64,000 nucleotides of DNA from an uncultured bacterium (GTDB lineage: Bacteria > Patescibacteriota > Minisyncoccia > UBA6257 > 2-01-FULL-56-20): assembly GCA_963768625.1 (NCBI GenBank), contig CAVYIK010000003.1:390715-454714 (forward strand), read 5' to 3'. The notes under the pieces are model-generated. The model was not told where the DNA came from. It ran no database searches and saw only the letters and a list, made by a program, of their open reading frames with translations. The position numbers were made by a program, and so were the translations under genes. This document shows positions 8,346 to 18,377 of the stretch, one piece after another (the first letter of the stretch is position 1; each line of letters begins with the position of its first letter).

Positions 8346-9551
8346 TTACTTTATTTTAATGCGATAAAACCGCTTCTTTCCGATCCTTACCACTTCCCCG
8401 CCCTTCAGTTTTAGCTTCTCCTGTGGATCCTTGATAGCTTTCCCGCCCACCTCAAATCCTCCTTGCTCAACAAGCCGCCATGCTTCGCTTTTACTTTTCA
8501 CCGCACCGGATGCGAGAACAATGGCTGCGCAATCAATAGAGGGTTGGCTGTCCGCTACGGAAATGGTCAGGGGCGGCAGCTCTGCGGGAATCTCTCTTTT
8601 GGAAAAGAGCTTTTCAAATTGCTCCTGCGCCGCGCTCGCTTTTTCCGCGTCGTGGTAGCGTTTCACGATCTCAAACGCAAGCTTTTCCTTTAATTGCTTC
8701 GGGTTTGTCCCTTTTTTGAGCTCCTTCTTTATATTCTCTATCTCCGCGAGGGAAAGCCCCGTTGCCGCCTCAAAATATTCAATAATAAGCTCGTCGCGCA
8801 GCGACATTATCTTCCCGAACTGCTCATCTGGCGCATCAATGATATTGATCACGTTCCCCCAGCTCGTGGACATCTTTCGGCCATCCGATCCCACGATCAT
8901 TTTCGTTACCATGATGTCCTGGGGTTTTTGGCCATACCGCGCCTGCACCTTCCTGCCTGCCAAAACATTGAACAATTGGTCGGTGCCGCCCAGTTCTACG
9001 TCGGCTTTCACCATCACGGAGTCGTATCCCTGCATGAGCGGGTACATTCCCTCACGGTAGCTTATTTCCTCGTGCTTCTTGAACCGCTCCGAGAAATTCT
9101 TCCGCTCCAGGATCTGCTGGAAGCTGAAAAGGTCGGCGAGATCGGAAATTTCCCGAAGATCGAGCTTGGCGAGCCACTCGCTATTATAGCGGACCTCGGT
9201 CTTTTTGAGGTCAATGATCTTCCCGATCTGTGGAAGATAATTTTTGAGATTTTTTTCTACTTGTTCCTTTGATAAAAATGGTCGCTTCTCCAATTTGTCG
9301 GATGGGTCGCCGATCTGCGCGGTGAAGTCGCCGATGATGAGAACGATCTTGTGGCCAAGGTCCTGGAACTCGCGGAGCTTCCAGAGCGCCACCGCGCGGC
9401 CGATGTGGATCTTGTCTCCGGTCGGATCAATACCCAGCTTCACGCGCAACTTTTTCCCGGACGCGAGCGCGGCGCGAAGATGGTCCTTCTCGATTGCCTC
9501 TTCAACGTTCCGTGAAAGCAACTGCTCTATTTTCTCGTTTTCCGTTTCCAT
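8346..9551 (-). CDS. tyrS: tyrosine--tRNA ligase
   Basis: Intact 401-aa ORF with HIGH-type motif (KIHIGRAVALWK), KMSKS-type motif (RKMSTSWGN) and a C-terminal S4-like domain (SKSEAWRLVEQGGFEVGGK). Confidence 0.9.
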   Translation of the reverse strand: METENEKIEQLLSRNVEEAIEKDHLRAALASGKKLRVKLGIDPTGDKIHIGRAVALWKLREFQDLGHKIVLIIGDFTAQIGDPSDKLEKRPFLSKEQVEKNLKNYLPQIGKIIDLKKTEVRYNSEWLAKLDLREISDLADLFSFQQILERKNFSERFKKHEEISYREGMYPLMQGYDSVMVKADVELGGTDQLFNVLAGRKVQARYGQKPQDIMVTKMIVGSDGRKMSTSWGNVINIIDAPDEQFGKIMSLRDELIIEYFEAATGLSLAEIENIKKELKKGTNPKQLKEKLAFEIVKRYHDAEKASAAQEQFEKLFSKREIPAELPPLTISVADSQPSIDCAAIVLASGAVKSKSEAWRLVEQGGFEVGGKAIKDPQEKLKLKGGEVVRIGKKRFYRIKIK

Positions 9552-9639
9552 TAAAGAAACTTTACCACGAAAAACAAAATCCCGCCTGTCGCGGAATTTT
9601 ATTCGCGTTGTTCGCGTCGCTTGCGGCGGTCGCTTCTGC

Positions 9640-10242
9640 CTACTTCCCCGGAATTATCTCATCGATCACTCCGTAGGCCTTCGCCTCTTCGGCAGAGAGC
9701 CAGAAATCGCGATCGGTGTCCTTCTCGATCTTCGCGAGCGATTGGCCGGTGTGCTTCGCAATAATTGGTTCAGCCGCTGCTTGGTCTTCACGATCTGCTT
9801 CGCCGCGATCTCAATCTCAATTGCCTGCCCTTCCGCGCCGCCCATCACCTGGTGAAGCAGAATCTGCGAGTTCGGCAAGGCGAACCGCTTTCCCTTTTTC
9901 GCCGGCTGCAAGCAGGAACGCGCCCATGGATGCCGCGATGCCGACGCACATCGTGGAAACGTCTGGCTTCACGTATTGCATCGTGTCGTAGATCGCCATG
10001 CCGGCCGTGACGGACCCGCCCGGGCTGTTGATATAGAGCTGGATGTCTTTTTTCTGGTCCTCGTGGTCCAGGAACAACAGCTGCGCAATCACCGTGTTCG
10101 CGACGGCGTCGTTGATCGCCCCGCCGAGAAAGATGATGCGTTCCTTAAGAAGGCGCGAGTAGATGTCGTACGCCCGTTCGCCGGACTGCGATTTTTCGAT
10201 GACCGTCGGGATAAGATATTGGTTCTCTGTTTCCATAGTCAT
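9640..10242 (-). pseudogene. clpP: ATP-dependent Clp protease proteolytic subunit, at least 2 frame changes
   Basis: [32 protein letters not shown]...[48 protein letters not shown], then a second frame ([41 protein letters not shown]) and a third ([41 protein letters not shown], stop at 9640). The first shift lies in the run GGGAAAG. Confidence 0.85.
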
Positions 10243-10247
10243 TGATT

Positions 10248-12252
10248 TTATCTTATAAGAATGGTACAAGAGCAAAGCGCGATAATGTTGATGATCTTGA
10301 TGACCGGGTTGATCGCGGGGCCCGCGGTGTCTTTATAGGGATCGCCCACCGTGTCGCCCGTGACTGCCGCTTTGTGCGCCTCCGAACCTTTGCCGCCGAG
10401 ATTTCCTTCTTCAATATATTTCTTCGCGTTGTCCCACGCCGCGCCGCCGGAGGTCATGGAGATCGCGACGAAGATGCCCGTCACGATGGAGCCGACGAGC
10501 AATCCGCCGAGCGCCATCGGCCCGAGCGCGAATGCGACGATGATCGGGACGAGTACCGGCAGAAGCGCAGGCACGATCATTTCCTTGATCGCCGCCGAGG
10601 TCACGATGTCAACGCACTTCGCATAATCCGGTTTCGCCGTCCCCGCCATAATGCCGGGAATCTCCCTGAACTGTCGGCGCACTTCAATCACGACGCTGCC
10701 TGCCGCCTTGCCCACCGCGCGCATGGAAATGGACGCGAAGAGGTACGGGATCATGCCGCCGAGAAGAAGGCCGACGATGATCTTTGGATCGCTCAGATCA
10801 AATCTGATGGCACCGCCGCCGATGCTTGTTCTGCAAAGCTTGCACATATGACGAGAAGAGCACGACTGCCGCGAGCCCCGCGGAACCGATCGCATAACCC
10901 TTCGTGATTGCCTTCGTTGTGTTCCCGACCGCGTCAAGCGCATCGGTCACTTCGCGCACCTCATCCGGCAGGCCCGCCATCTCGGCAATGCCGCCGGCGT
11001 TGTCCGTGATCGGACCGAACGCGTCAATCGCAACGACGATGCCCGCCATGGAAAGCATGCTCATTGTCGCAAGCGCGATGCCATAGAGGCCGGACACCGC
11101 ATATGCCGTGAGAATGCCCGCGACGATCACGATGACCGGAAGCGCTGTCGATTCCATCCCGACCGAAAGCCCCGTAATGATGTTCGTGCCATGGCCCGTC
11201 GTTGAGGATTCCGCGATGGAGCGCACTGGGCGGAATTTCTTCGCAGTGTAGTATTCCGTGATAACAACGATAAGGCCTGTCACCAGCGATGCCGATGAGC
11301 ATCGGGTAGAAGAGCTGGCCGAAACCGCAACTGCCGAATTCGCGTAACTGCTTGCGAGGAACCAGAAGCCGATGAGCGACAAGAATGCTTGATGCAATCA
11401 AGTCCTTTATAGAGCGCGCCCATGATCGACTGGTTCTTGCCGAGCCGCACGAAGAACACTGCCGAGGATGGAAGCGATGATGGAAATGCCGCCGATCATG
11501 AGTGGCAGGACGAGCATACGTTCTGCGACCCGGGAACGCCAGGTTCCCGAGGATCATCGCTGCGATCGCCGTCACTGCATACGTTTCAAAGAGGTCCGCC
11601 GCCATGCCGGCGCAATCGCCAACGTTGTCGCCCACATTGTCCGCGATGACCGCCGGGTTCCTCGGATCGTCTTCCGGGATCCCCGCTTCCACTTTGCCCA
11701 CGAGGTCCGCGCCGACATCCGCGCCTTTCGTGAAGATGCCGCCGCCCAACCGCGCGAAGACGGAGATCAAGCTTCCCCCGAAGCCGAGCCCGATGAGCGC
11801 GCTTACGTTATGCGTCGCAGCATAGAAACCAGAGACCGCGAGCAGCGCAAGGCCAACCACGAGAAGTCCCGTCACCGAGCCGCCTTCAAACGCGATGCCG
11901 AGCGCTTTCGCGAGTCCCGACTTCGCCGCCTCCGCCGTCTTCACATTCGCGCGCACCGAGACGTTCATGCCGATATAGCCCGCGAGCGCGGAAGCGAACG
12001 CGCCGATCACAAATCCCGCCATCGTGGTCAAGCCGAGGAATACTCCGATCAGAATGGCGACGACGACCGCGACAACCGCAACCGTTTTGTATTGCCGGTT
12101 CAAATATGCTTTCGCGCCGATCTGGATCGCGTGCGCGATCTCCTGCATTTTCTTATCGCCCGCCGGTGCTTTTGAGATCTTCCAGATCAGCACCGCCCGC
12201 GAACGCGATTGCAGCCACGCTGCACGCTAACGAGAATACTATTGGCGACATA
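10248..12252 (-). pseudogene. hppA: membrane-bound proton-translocating pyrophosphatase, at least 4 frame changes
   Basis: Pieces 11024-12193, 10798-11397 and 10248-10943 carry the H+-PPase signatures [75 protein letters not shown] and [27 protein letters not shown]. The N-terminus [20 protein letters not shown] at 12252 is in yet another frame. Confidence 0.9.
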
Positions 12253-12288
12253 TTTTTATTTTATAAAATTTACTTCGTTTGCCGATCG

Positions 12289-13570
12289 TTATGTGATGAT
12301 ATCCTCTTTTTCGTCATCCTCCTCCGGCGCCGCGATCTGGTCCGATTCAATGGCGCCCGCGATGCCGCCTTCCTGCGCTTCCTCCGGCCGCGTCTGCGAA
12401 CGGACGTCTATCTTCCAGCCGGTAAGCTTCGCGGCGAGCCGCACGTTCTGTCCGCCCTTGCCGATCGCCAAGCTCAATTGGCTCTCCGGCACGTACGCGC
12501 GCGCTTCGCGACGCGGAAGGACCTCTACCTTCTCCGCCTTCGCTGGCGAAAGCGCGTTCGCGATGAATTTCTCCGGCTCCTCGGACCACTCGGCGATATC
12601 TATCTTTTCGTTGCCCAGCTCGTTGTTCACCGCCATCACGCGCGTGCCCGCGCTGGCCGACGAGCGCGCCCACCGGATCGATGCCTTCCGACTTTGATGC
12701 CACCGCCACTTTCGTGCGGTTCCCCGGCTCGCGCGCGATCGCCTTGATCTCGATCGATCCTTCCGCGAGCTCCGGCACTTCCATGCGGAAAAGTTCCGTC
12801 ACGAATTTCGGATGTGAGCGCGAAAGGATGATCCCGGCAGCCGCGTGTCTTCCTGCACGGCGAGTACGAGGAACCGCAGCCGTTCGCCGGCGCGATAGTG
12901 CTCGCCCGGGATGGATTCGTTCGCGAACATCACGCCAATCGTCCGCCCGAGATCAATGAAGACATTCCCCCGCTCAAACCGCTGTACCGACGCCGCTTAC
13001 GATCTGGCCTTCTTTGCCGCGCCACTCGCCTAAAATAGAATCGCGCTCCGATTCGCGCAGTTTTTGCAGAATCACCTGTTTCGCCGTCTGCGCAGCGATC
13101 CTCCCGAAATCGTCATGCGTTTCAAGCGGGAACGTGACCTCGTCGCCGACCTGTAGCTCCCTTCTTTGCTTTCTTCGCCTCTTCAAGCGTGATGTGCCGC
13201 TCGGGATTGAACCGCGGGAGTTTCTGCTCCTCTGCTGCTGCAGGCCGCTGCTCTCGCGCTGGCTGCACCCCTCCTCTTTTCTTATCTCTCTCTTCCGCTT
13301 TTTCTTCCTTCTCTCTTTCTTCCGCTTCTTCCTCTCGGCGTCACAAAACGCACCGTCGTTTCATCAACTACGGTCTTCACCTGCCAGAACTTCAATTCGC
13401 CCGTCGATTGGTCAAGTTCACACTTCACCACTTCGCCACGCTGGCCATATTCTTTCTTATACGCTGCAGCGATGGACGACTCGAATGACCTCAAGCACCT
13501 TCTCCGGCTCAAGACCCTTCTCATCGGCAACCTGCTTCAGCGCTTTTGTTAATTCCTTTATATTGATCAT
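12289..13570 (-). pseudogene. nusA: transcription termination/antitermination factor NusA, at least 5 frame changes
   Basis: N-terminal MINIKELTKALKQVADEKGLEPEKVLEVI, the S1 region (QVGDEVTFPLETHDDFGRIAAQTAKQVILQKLRESERDSI) and KH regions (IDPVGALVGQRG..., AIGKGGQNVRLAAKLTGWKIDVRSQ) are spread over several frames. Confidence 0.85.
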
Positions 13571-13576
13571 TCCTTT

Positions 13577-13600
13577 AAAAAAGTCCGCTCACAAGCGGAC
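13577..13600 (-). terminator. rho-independent terminator after yraN, just upstream of nusA
   Basis: Stem GTCCGC/GCGGAC with a 6-nt loop, followed on the minus strand by TTTTTT. Confidence 0.55.
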
Positions 13601-13648
13601 CACGAATACCCCAACTATATTCCCCTTCCCTGATTCCGTCAAGCCGGC

Positions 13649-14035
13649 CTATATGTTTTCATAATGCCGGATGTCTTTAACAGCGCCATCGGGACTGATG
13701 TCTATTGCCAAAAGATCTATCCGCCAACCTTTATCTTCACTGATGAGTTCCTGATGCTCCCTGGCAAAAAATTCGCAGGTTCTGCTGATCTTCCTATATT
13801 TAGCGCTAGTTAGGTTATCTTCCGGAATAAGGCCGTCTGGAAAATCAGGGTTTTTTAATAAAGTTTTAACCTCGCAGAATATTAATGTTCCATCTACTGA
13901 TGCGGCAATTATATCTATTTCGTCCGATTTCCTACGGTAATTTCTGGCAATAATCCGGCAATTGGCTTTGCCGGTTAGATACTTCTCAGCCACATTTTCG
14001 CCGAATTTTCCTAATTTTGATTTTTTATTATCCAT
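13649..14035 (-). CDS. yraN: YraN family (UPF0102) endonuclease-like protein
   Basis: MDNKKSKLGKFGENVAEKYLTGKANCRIIARNYRRKSDEIDIIA...LIFCEVKT matches the YraN core pattern. The tracked ORF start at 14068 lies inside a palindrome, so the ATG at 14035 is preferred. Local GC is about 40-45%. Confidence 0.7.
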   Translation of the reverse strand: MDNKKSKLGKFGENVAEKYLTGKANCRIIARNYRRKSDEIDIIAASVDGTLIFCEVKTLLKNPDFPDGLIPEDNLTSAKYRKISRTCEFFAREHQELISEDKGWRIDLLAIDISPDGAVKDIRHYENI

Positions 14036-14041
14036 GGGTAT

Positions 14042-14115
14042 TTTTAATGTGTTTCGCGCGAAACACATTTTTAATTCAAAATGGCATTTTTAATATGTTT
14101 CACGCTAAACACTTT
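14042..14115. promoter_or_regulatory. 24-bp perfect palindrome plus a degenerate second copy in the yraN/dksA-like divergent region
   Basis: AATGTGTTTCGCGCGAAACACATT at 14046-14069 is a perfect palindrome. TTTTAATATGTTTCACGCTAAACACTTT at 14087-14115 repeats it with about 4 changes. Confidence 0.5.
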
Positions 14116-14220
14116 GTGAAACAATTTTGTAAAACAGTAGGAAAATCAAGCTTATCGGGTTATTGGAATTAAAAATAAATTATTAAAAAATGATTAAAAA
14201 TGATGCGGCAACGCTATATA

Positions 14221-14366
14221 ATCCGGCAATCCGGCAAGAAAACATCAATCCGGCAATTGCCGGATTTATAATTGCCGTTTTGCCGGATATCCGGCAAACA
14301 TTTAATGAATTTTTAATATACAGACTCTGCACAGGCTACCCACAGAACCCCTCGATTGCCGGATTC
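14221..14366. repeat. cluster of ATCCGGCAA / TTGCCGGAT half-sites (direct and palindromic)
   Basis: Tandem ATCCGGCAATCCGGCAA at 14221-14237, perfect 20-bp palindrome AATCCGGCAATTGCCGGATT at 14247-14266, ATTGCCG at 14271, perfect 18-bp palindrome TTGCCGGATATCCGGCAA at 14280-14297 and ATTGCCGGAT at 14355-14364. A further CCGGCAA-6 nt-TTGCCGG lies at 13955-13974 inside yraN. Confidence 0.75.
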
Positions 14367-14387
14367 ATTTTGTTAGAATACAACTCT

Positions 14388-14720
14388 ATGGATGCCAAAC
14401 AGATTGAGGAGTACAAAAAGAAGCTTGAGAAGGAACGGCTGCTGCTTCTTGCGGAGATAAAGCAGGATCAAAAACCGGTCGACTTCGGGCATGACGTTGA
14501 CCACTTTGACGAGGAAACCGACGAGGCGGAAGAGATGAGCAATCAGCTTGCGGCTGCCCAGGGTCTTAAGAACCGCCTGGACGAGATCGACGTCGCCCTC
14601 GGGAAGATCTATTCAGGGAAATACGGGCTCTGTGAAAAATGCGGTGGGAAGATAGAGGCGGCTATTCTTGACATAGACCCGGAGTCCCGCTTGTGTAAGC
14701 GTTGCAAATTGGGAAAATAA
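14388..14720 (+). CDS. DksA/TraR family C4-type zinc-finger protein (110 aa)
   Basis: Coiled-coil N-terminus, then KIYSGKYGLCEKCGGKIEAAILDIDPESRLCKRC (C-x2-C...C-x2-C). The tracked ORF start at 14190 runs through the repeat array, so the ATG at 14388 is preferred. Confidence 0.75.
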   Translation: MDAKQIEEYKKKLEKERLLLLAEIKQDQKPVDFGHDVDHFDEETDEAEEMSNQLAAAQGLKNRLDEIDVALGKIYSGKYGLCEKCGGKIEAAILDIDPESRLCKRCKLGK

Positions 14721-14772
14721 AAGCAAAGGTTTCTTTATAATTTTTTAATCGCCGAAGTGGTATTGGTAGAGG

Positions 14773-14873
14773 GTGGCCGTCAAAAATCTTTCGAAGGTTT
14801 CCTCCGCCGAACTTGAAGGGATCAATGCGAAGCTCATAGAGGTTGAGGTCGACATAAACGTCGGCCTTCATGC
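14773..14873 (+). pseudogene. comM: comM 5' fragment (first ~34 codons), separated from the rest of the gene by the inserted element
   Basis: From GTG 14773 the frame translates to VAVKNLSKVSSAELEGINAKLIEVEVDINVGLHA, the conserved ComM/YifB N-terminus. The frame then runs into element DNA and stops at 14890. Confidence 0.8.
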
Positions 14874-14900
14874 GTTCAAGACAGCGTGGCCGTAGGTACT
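14855..14900. other. attL (comM 5' side / element left end)
   Basis: GTCGGCCTTCATGC|GTTCAAGACAGCGTGGCCGTAGGTAC. The recombinase stop codon (14878-14876) is 2 nt from the CATGC core. Confidence 0.65.
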
Positions 14901-16450
14901 ACAAGCAACTCCTTAGGCAGGACGGCATTCACTACGGCAGTGTCTCCATCCAACTGGATTTGGCTTATAAAGTACTGCAAAACTTTTTGCTTCCTCAGGA
15001 CGTCTATCTTAGCTAGGGCAATCTTAATCCTTTGGGAGAAACCCTTAAGGTCCATCTTCTGGGGCGGCTCCTCGAATGAAATGCTTAGCTTTTTAGCGAG
15101 CGATTCCTTTTCCTCCAGCTGGCTATGGATCTGCTTCTCAATATCGTCCTTCTGGTGCTTAAGCTCCTCAAGCGTCATCACACCCTCGGAATAGGCGAGC
15201 AGGAGTCGATTCTTTTTCTCCTCGTCCCGGAGAATGGCTTTGTTTATCTCCAGAATACGGGACTCGATCTTTTCTTTCGCTGTGTCCCGGTTATTCACCT
15301 TTTGACTAATTCTCCTGAGCAACACAGCAGGGGACTGAACGATTTCCGAAAACTCATTCCAGACGAGACCCTCCAATTCCTCACCGTTATAATGCCTCGA
15401 GCTGTCGCACGTTCCTTCCTCTGGAAAAGCATTGCGCTTATTGGAGCAGATATAGTATTTCGTCCCGTGACAGAATTTCGAGTACATCCTCGCTCCGCAG
15501 GAGTGGATCATCAAACCCCTTAAAAGATAAGGATTTAGGGCCTTGTTAGGGGATAGGGATTTATTCGTTGTTCTCTTGATCTCAACTTGGGCAAAGGTGG
15601 CCCGATCGATAATTGGCGGCACTTCGATAGCTAGCCAGTCTTCCCTAGCCCTTTTTACGCGCTTTGTATTCTTCAATCTGCGATAGCCGTTCTTGGAATC
15701 TCCTTCAACCGACCTGAACTTGCCCCAGTGCGTAGTGCCTATATAGGTTTCGTTCGCAATGACCCTCGACACCATGCTTTGGGACCAATTGTTTGATCCG
15801 CTCCGATTTTTGATATTACGCTCATAGAGCTCCTGCCTGAGCGCTCCCAATCCCGAACAATTCTCGCTCAAATAGATAGAGAATATAAGCCTAACGGTCT
15901 CCGCTTCCTTTTCATCCACCTCATACCATCCTTGCCGAGATTTCTCATCCTTAACGTACCGGTAACCGTAGGGCGGGGTATTGCCTAGGATACTCCCGCG
16001 CCCAATCTTAAACAACTTGCCCCTCCGCAGCCGATCGAGTATCTTTGCTTTCTCGTATTCCGAGATTACGCTCTGTACATTGAATAGGAGCTTGTCTTCT
16101 ATGGTCTCTCCAATGGGCCTGTTCACGAAGACTATTTCCACCCCATAGCGGCCGAGGTCCTCCATGATAATCGCCGCATAGTGGTGCTTCCTAGCCAACC
16201 TGTCTGGGCTTAGAATGTAGACCTTACTGAACAACCTCTTACTAGCATCTGTTCTCAATTGATCCAAATCTGGTCGTTCCAATAGTTCCCCGGAATAGCC
16301 ATCGTCAATATATTTCTTTACCAAAATGTCCCCATTCGCCGCGATCGCCTTTTCAATCTCCGCAATCTGGCTCTCTACGGTGCCTTCCTTCTCTTGACGC
16401 TCCGAGCTCACCCGGGCGTACATTGCTACTAATTGATTTTTATCGCTCAT
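14876..16450 (-). CDS. large serine recombinase (integrase), 524 aa
   Basis: Resolvase-type catalytic N-terminus (VAMYARVSSERQEKEGTVESQ...SPDRLARK), recombinase domain, zinc-ribbon region (CGARMYSKFCHGTKYYICSNKRNAFPEEGTCDS) and a C-terminal coiled coil. It abuts attL. Confidence 0.9.
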   Translation of the reverse strand: MSDKNQLVAMYARVSSERQEKEGTVESQIAEIEKAIAANGDILVKKYIDDGYSGELLERPDLDQLRTDASKRLFSKVYILSPDRLARKHHYAAIIMEDLGRYGVEIVFVNRPIGETIEDKLLFNVQSVISEYEKAKILDRLRRGKLFKIGRGSILGNTPPYGYRYVKDEKSRQGWYEVDEKEAETVRLIFSIYLSENCSGLGALRQELYERNIKNRSGSNNWSQSMVSRVIANETYIGTTHWGKFRSVEGDSKNGYRRLKNTKRVKRAREDWLAIEVPPIIDRATFAQVEIKRTTNKSLSPNKALNPYLLRGLMIHSCGARMYSKFCHGTKYYICSNKRNAFPEEGTCDSSRHYNGEELEGLVWNEFSEIVQSPAVLLRRISQKVNNRDTAKEKIESRILEINKAILRDEEKKNRLLLAYSEGVMTLEELKHQKDDIEKQIHSQLEEKESLAKKLSISFEEPPQKMDLKGFSQRIKIALAKIDVLRKQKVLQYFISQIQLDGDTAVVNAVLPKELLVVPTATLS

Positions 16451-16623
16451 TTTGAATATTTTTGGATAAATTTATCGACCTCTTCCTTTGGGATCCGGAT
16501 AAGGGATGTCCTTCCGGTGCCAAGTTTGAAATATTTCATCTCCCCCTGCTTAAGCCAACGTTCTACTGTTTTTGGATGGACCTTTAGCATTTCCGCGACG
16601 TCTTTCTTGGTCAAGAACTCCAT
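16447..16623 (-). CDS. excisionase-family/MerR-like helix-turn-helix DNA-binding protein (58 aa), candidate Xis/RDF or regulator
   Basis: MEFLTKKDVAEMLKVHPKTVERWLKQGEMKYFKLGTGRTSLIRIPKEEVDKFI. The ATGA overlap with the recombinase start (16450-16447) implies translational coupling. Confidence 0.65.
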   Translation of the reverse strand: MEFLTKKDVAEMLKVHPKTVERWLKQGEMKYFKLGTGRTSLIRIPKEEVDKFIQKYSK

Positions 16624-16645
16624 TACTCCATTATATACCAAATCG

Positions 16646-18259
16646 CTACAAGCTGTCCAGAGGGGGTAAATCCACCCCACCATCCATTCCACTACTGTTT
16701 TGCAATGCCGATATAGTGGCTGCCGCGGTGGGGTAAACTAACATCTTCCTTCTATCCCCAGCTGGATCGGGCTCCTGAACGATAAGGCCAGCATTCTCTA
16801 GCAGGGGGAGTATCTGGGTCCGCGAAAACCAATCCGCCAATACCCGCCCTTTTACTTGCAGATGTTTCTGGGCTATCTCCCTTCGTGTAAGTCCTAAACC
16901 GCCACCCTCGCCAAAGAAAACATCGCTTCCTTGATTCTTTTCAATCCACGCGGGCACAATGACATCCTTGTAAATCTCGTGGACATACGGCGGTATGTTA
17001 AGCTCTTGGCTTTCCGAAATGGCATCCCATACTTTGAACGCTGCAGCGATATCTTCGTCATTCGCTACGATACTTGATCCGTTCCTCTCCCGAAACCAGA
17101 CATTGAGGAGTGCAAAACCCTTAGTAAGCGATATAATGCGCCCGATATCCCGTTGATGACGGGGCTTAAGGGTTCTGTTTTTCCCAAAGAAAGCATCTTC
17201 AAGTTTTTTAGGCGCGCCAATTTTTATGTCCATGATATGCTCCTGCCTAATCGCTCGGATTCGCTCCTTCAATAACTTACGCTTCGGGTCGTTATCTAAT
17301 GCACTAGCATAAGATTCTCGATTTGTTTCCTTGAGTATTTTTTCGTAAATGGCTGCGCGTATTTTTTCCCGGTCGGTCTGGGGACTGAGGAGAATAAACC
17401 GCGTCGTTTCCTGTTCGTCCGCCCTAAGGCCTGCTGTGCAGAAAATCACCGCTGGAAAACCTCTCAGAAATACGTTTTTGGTTCTTAGCCCTCCTTTCTG
17501 AGATTTATCTGTTATTTTAAGTTTGATTTCTTTCTTATCGTGCGAGAGAAGCGGTCGCAGATGTTGGAGTAGGAGTGTATGAGGCTGATCTAGGAAAATA
17601 AGAATCTTGCGAGAGAGATCAACAACCAACTCATTGGTTTCCTTTTTATATTCTTTGGAACGGTCGTGAAAGAATGCGGTAGGGGAGCAATAGCCCAGTT
17701 CGATTACGTCGTCGGCGGGAAAGAGCTGGGCAATCTCGGTGGGGATGTATGATTTGCCGGTAGACGACGGCGCATTGAAGCTGATGTTGAGCTGGTCGTT
17801 TTCGGTATAAGCGGAAAGTTCGCAGAGGAAGGCAATGAGCTTATTTTCCTCATCTTTCTTGATCGTAATACCAAGAATTTCCAAGATTTCGGCCGAGGAT
17901 AGCGGTTTAAACTGGGATAGATCTATCGGAACATCCGCCACCGATTCCAGCTCCATGATGGGTATTTCAACGACCTCATCGCGTTGCTTTTTCTTTGAGA
18001 CAAAGTGAATGATGCCCTCGGAAACCCTTTCTATGGCATCATCGAGCCCGAATTTCTTTACGACCTCCGCAAAATCACCAGTTTTTTTACATACATAACA
18101 TAGTCCATTGCCAGTGGACTGATTGATATAGAGCGTTGCTAGCGCCTCTCCCGTAGCTATGGCGTTCTCGCAAAAAGGGCAAGGAGTTATCAAATTAGCA
18201 CCGTCCACTCGGAATGCTATTTTGTTCTTGGTTAAGTATTGATTTATGTTCATGTTCAT
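16646..18259 (-). CDS. zinc-finger plus P-loop NTPase protein, putative element replication (primase/helicase-like) protein, 537 aa
   Basis: N-terminal CPFC...CYVC zinc finger, Walker A-like NAPSSTGKS, Walker B-like ILIFLDQP, and a C-terminal winged-helix-like region. The family assignment was not verified. Confidence 0.5.
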   Translation of the reverse strand: MNMNINQYLTKNKIAFRVDGANLITPCPFCENAIATGEALATLYINQSTGNGLCYVCKKTGDFAEVVKKFGLDDAIERVSEGIIHFVSKKKQRDEVVEIPIMELESVADVPIDLSQFKPLSSAEILEILGITIKKDEENKLIAFLCELSAYTENDQLNISFNAPSSTGKSYIPTEIAQLFPADDVIELGYCSPTAFFHDRSKEYKKETNELVVDLSRKILIFLDQPHTLLLQHLRPLLSHDKKEIKLKITDKSQKGGLRTKNVFLRGFPAVIFCTAGLRADEQETTRFILLSPQTDREKIRAAIYEKILKETNRESYASALDNDPKRKLLKERIRAIRQEHIMDIKIGAPKKLEDAFFGKNRTLKPRHQRDIGRIISLTKGFALLNVWFRERNGSSIVANDEDIAAAFKVWDAISESQELNIPPYVHEIYKDVIVPAWIEKNQGSDVFFGEGGGLGLTRREIAQKHLQVKGRVLADWFSRTQILPLLENAGLIVQEPDPAGDRRKMLVYPTAAATISALQNSSGMDGGVDLPPLDSL

Positions 18260-18377
18260 TTATTTCTTTCTGTGCTTTGGGGTCATCCTCAAGAATCTCG
18301 AAGATTCTCTCCCACCGGCCCCCGGAATCCTCCTTGAAATGAATTTCTATGTTTAGCGGTCTTTTCATCTGGCAACA

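Noticed and set aside
8329-8348. Two DnaA-box-like motifs (TTGTCCACA and TAATCCACC on the minus strand) at the tyrS stop
   Set aside because: They lie 45 kb from dnaA with no AT-rich unwinding region nearby. Two near-consensus 9-mers can occur by chance, so this is not considered an origin.
10242-12747. Plus-strand ORFs 10242-10907, 11468-12175 and 12106-12747 (213-235 aa)
   Set aside because: They are antisense to the H+-PPase and nusA genes, Arg-rich, and without motifs. They are high-GC shadow frames.
14190-14387. N-terminal 66 codons of the tracked ORF 14190-14720
   Set aside because: This part runs through the CCGGCAA palindrome array and is AT-rich non-coding-looking sequence. The DksA/TraR homology begins at the ATG at 14388.
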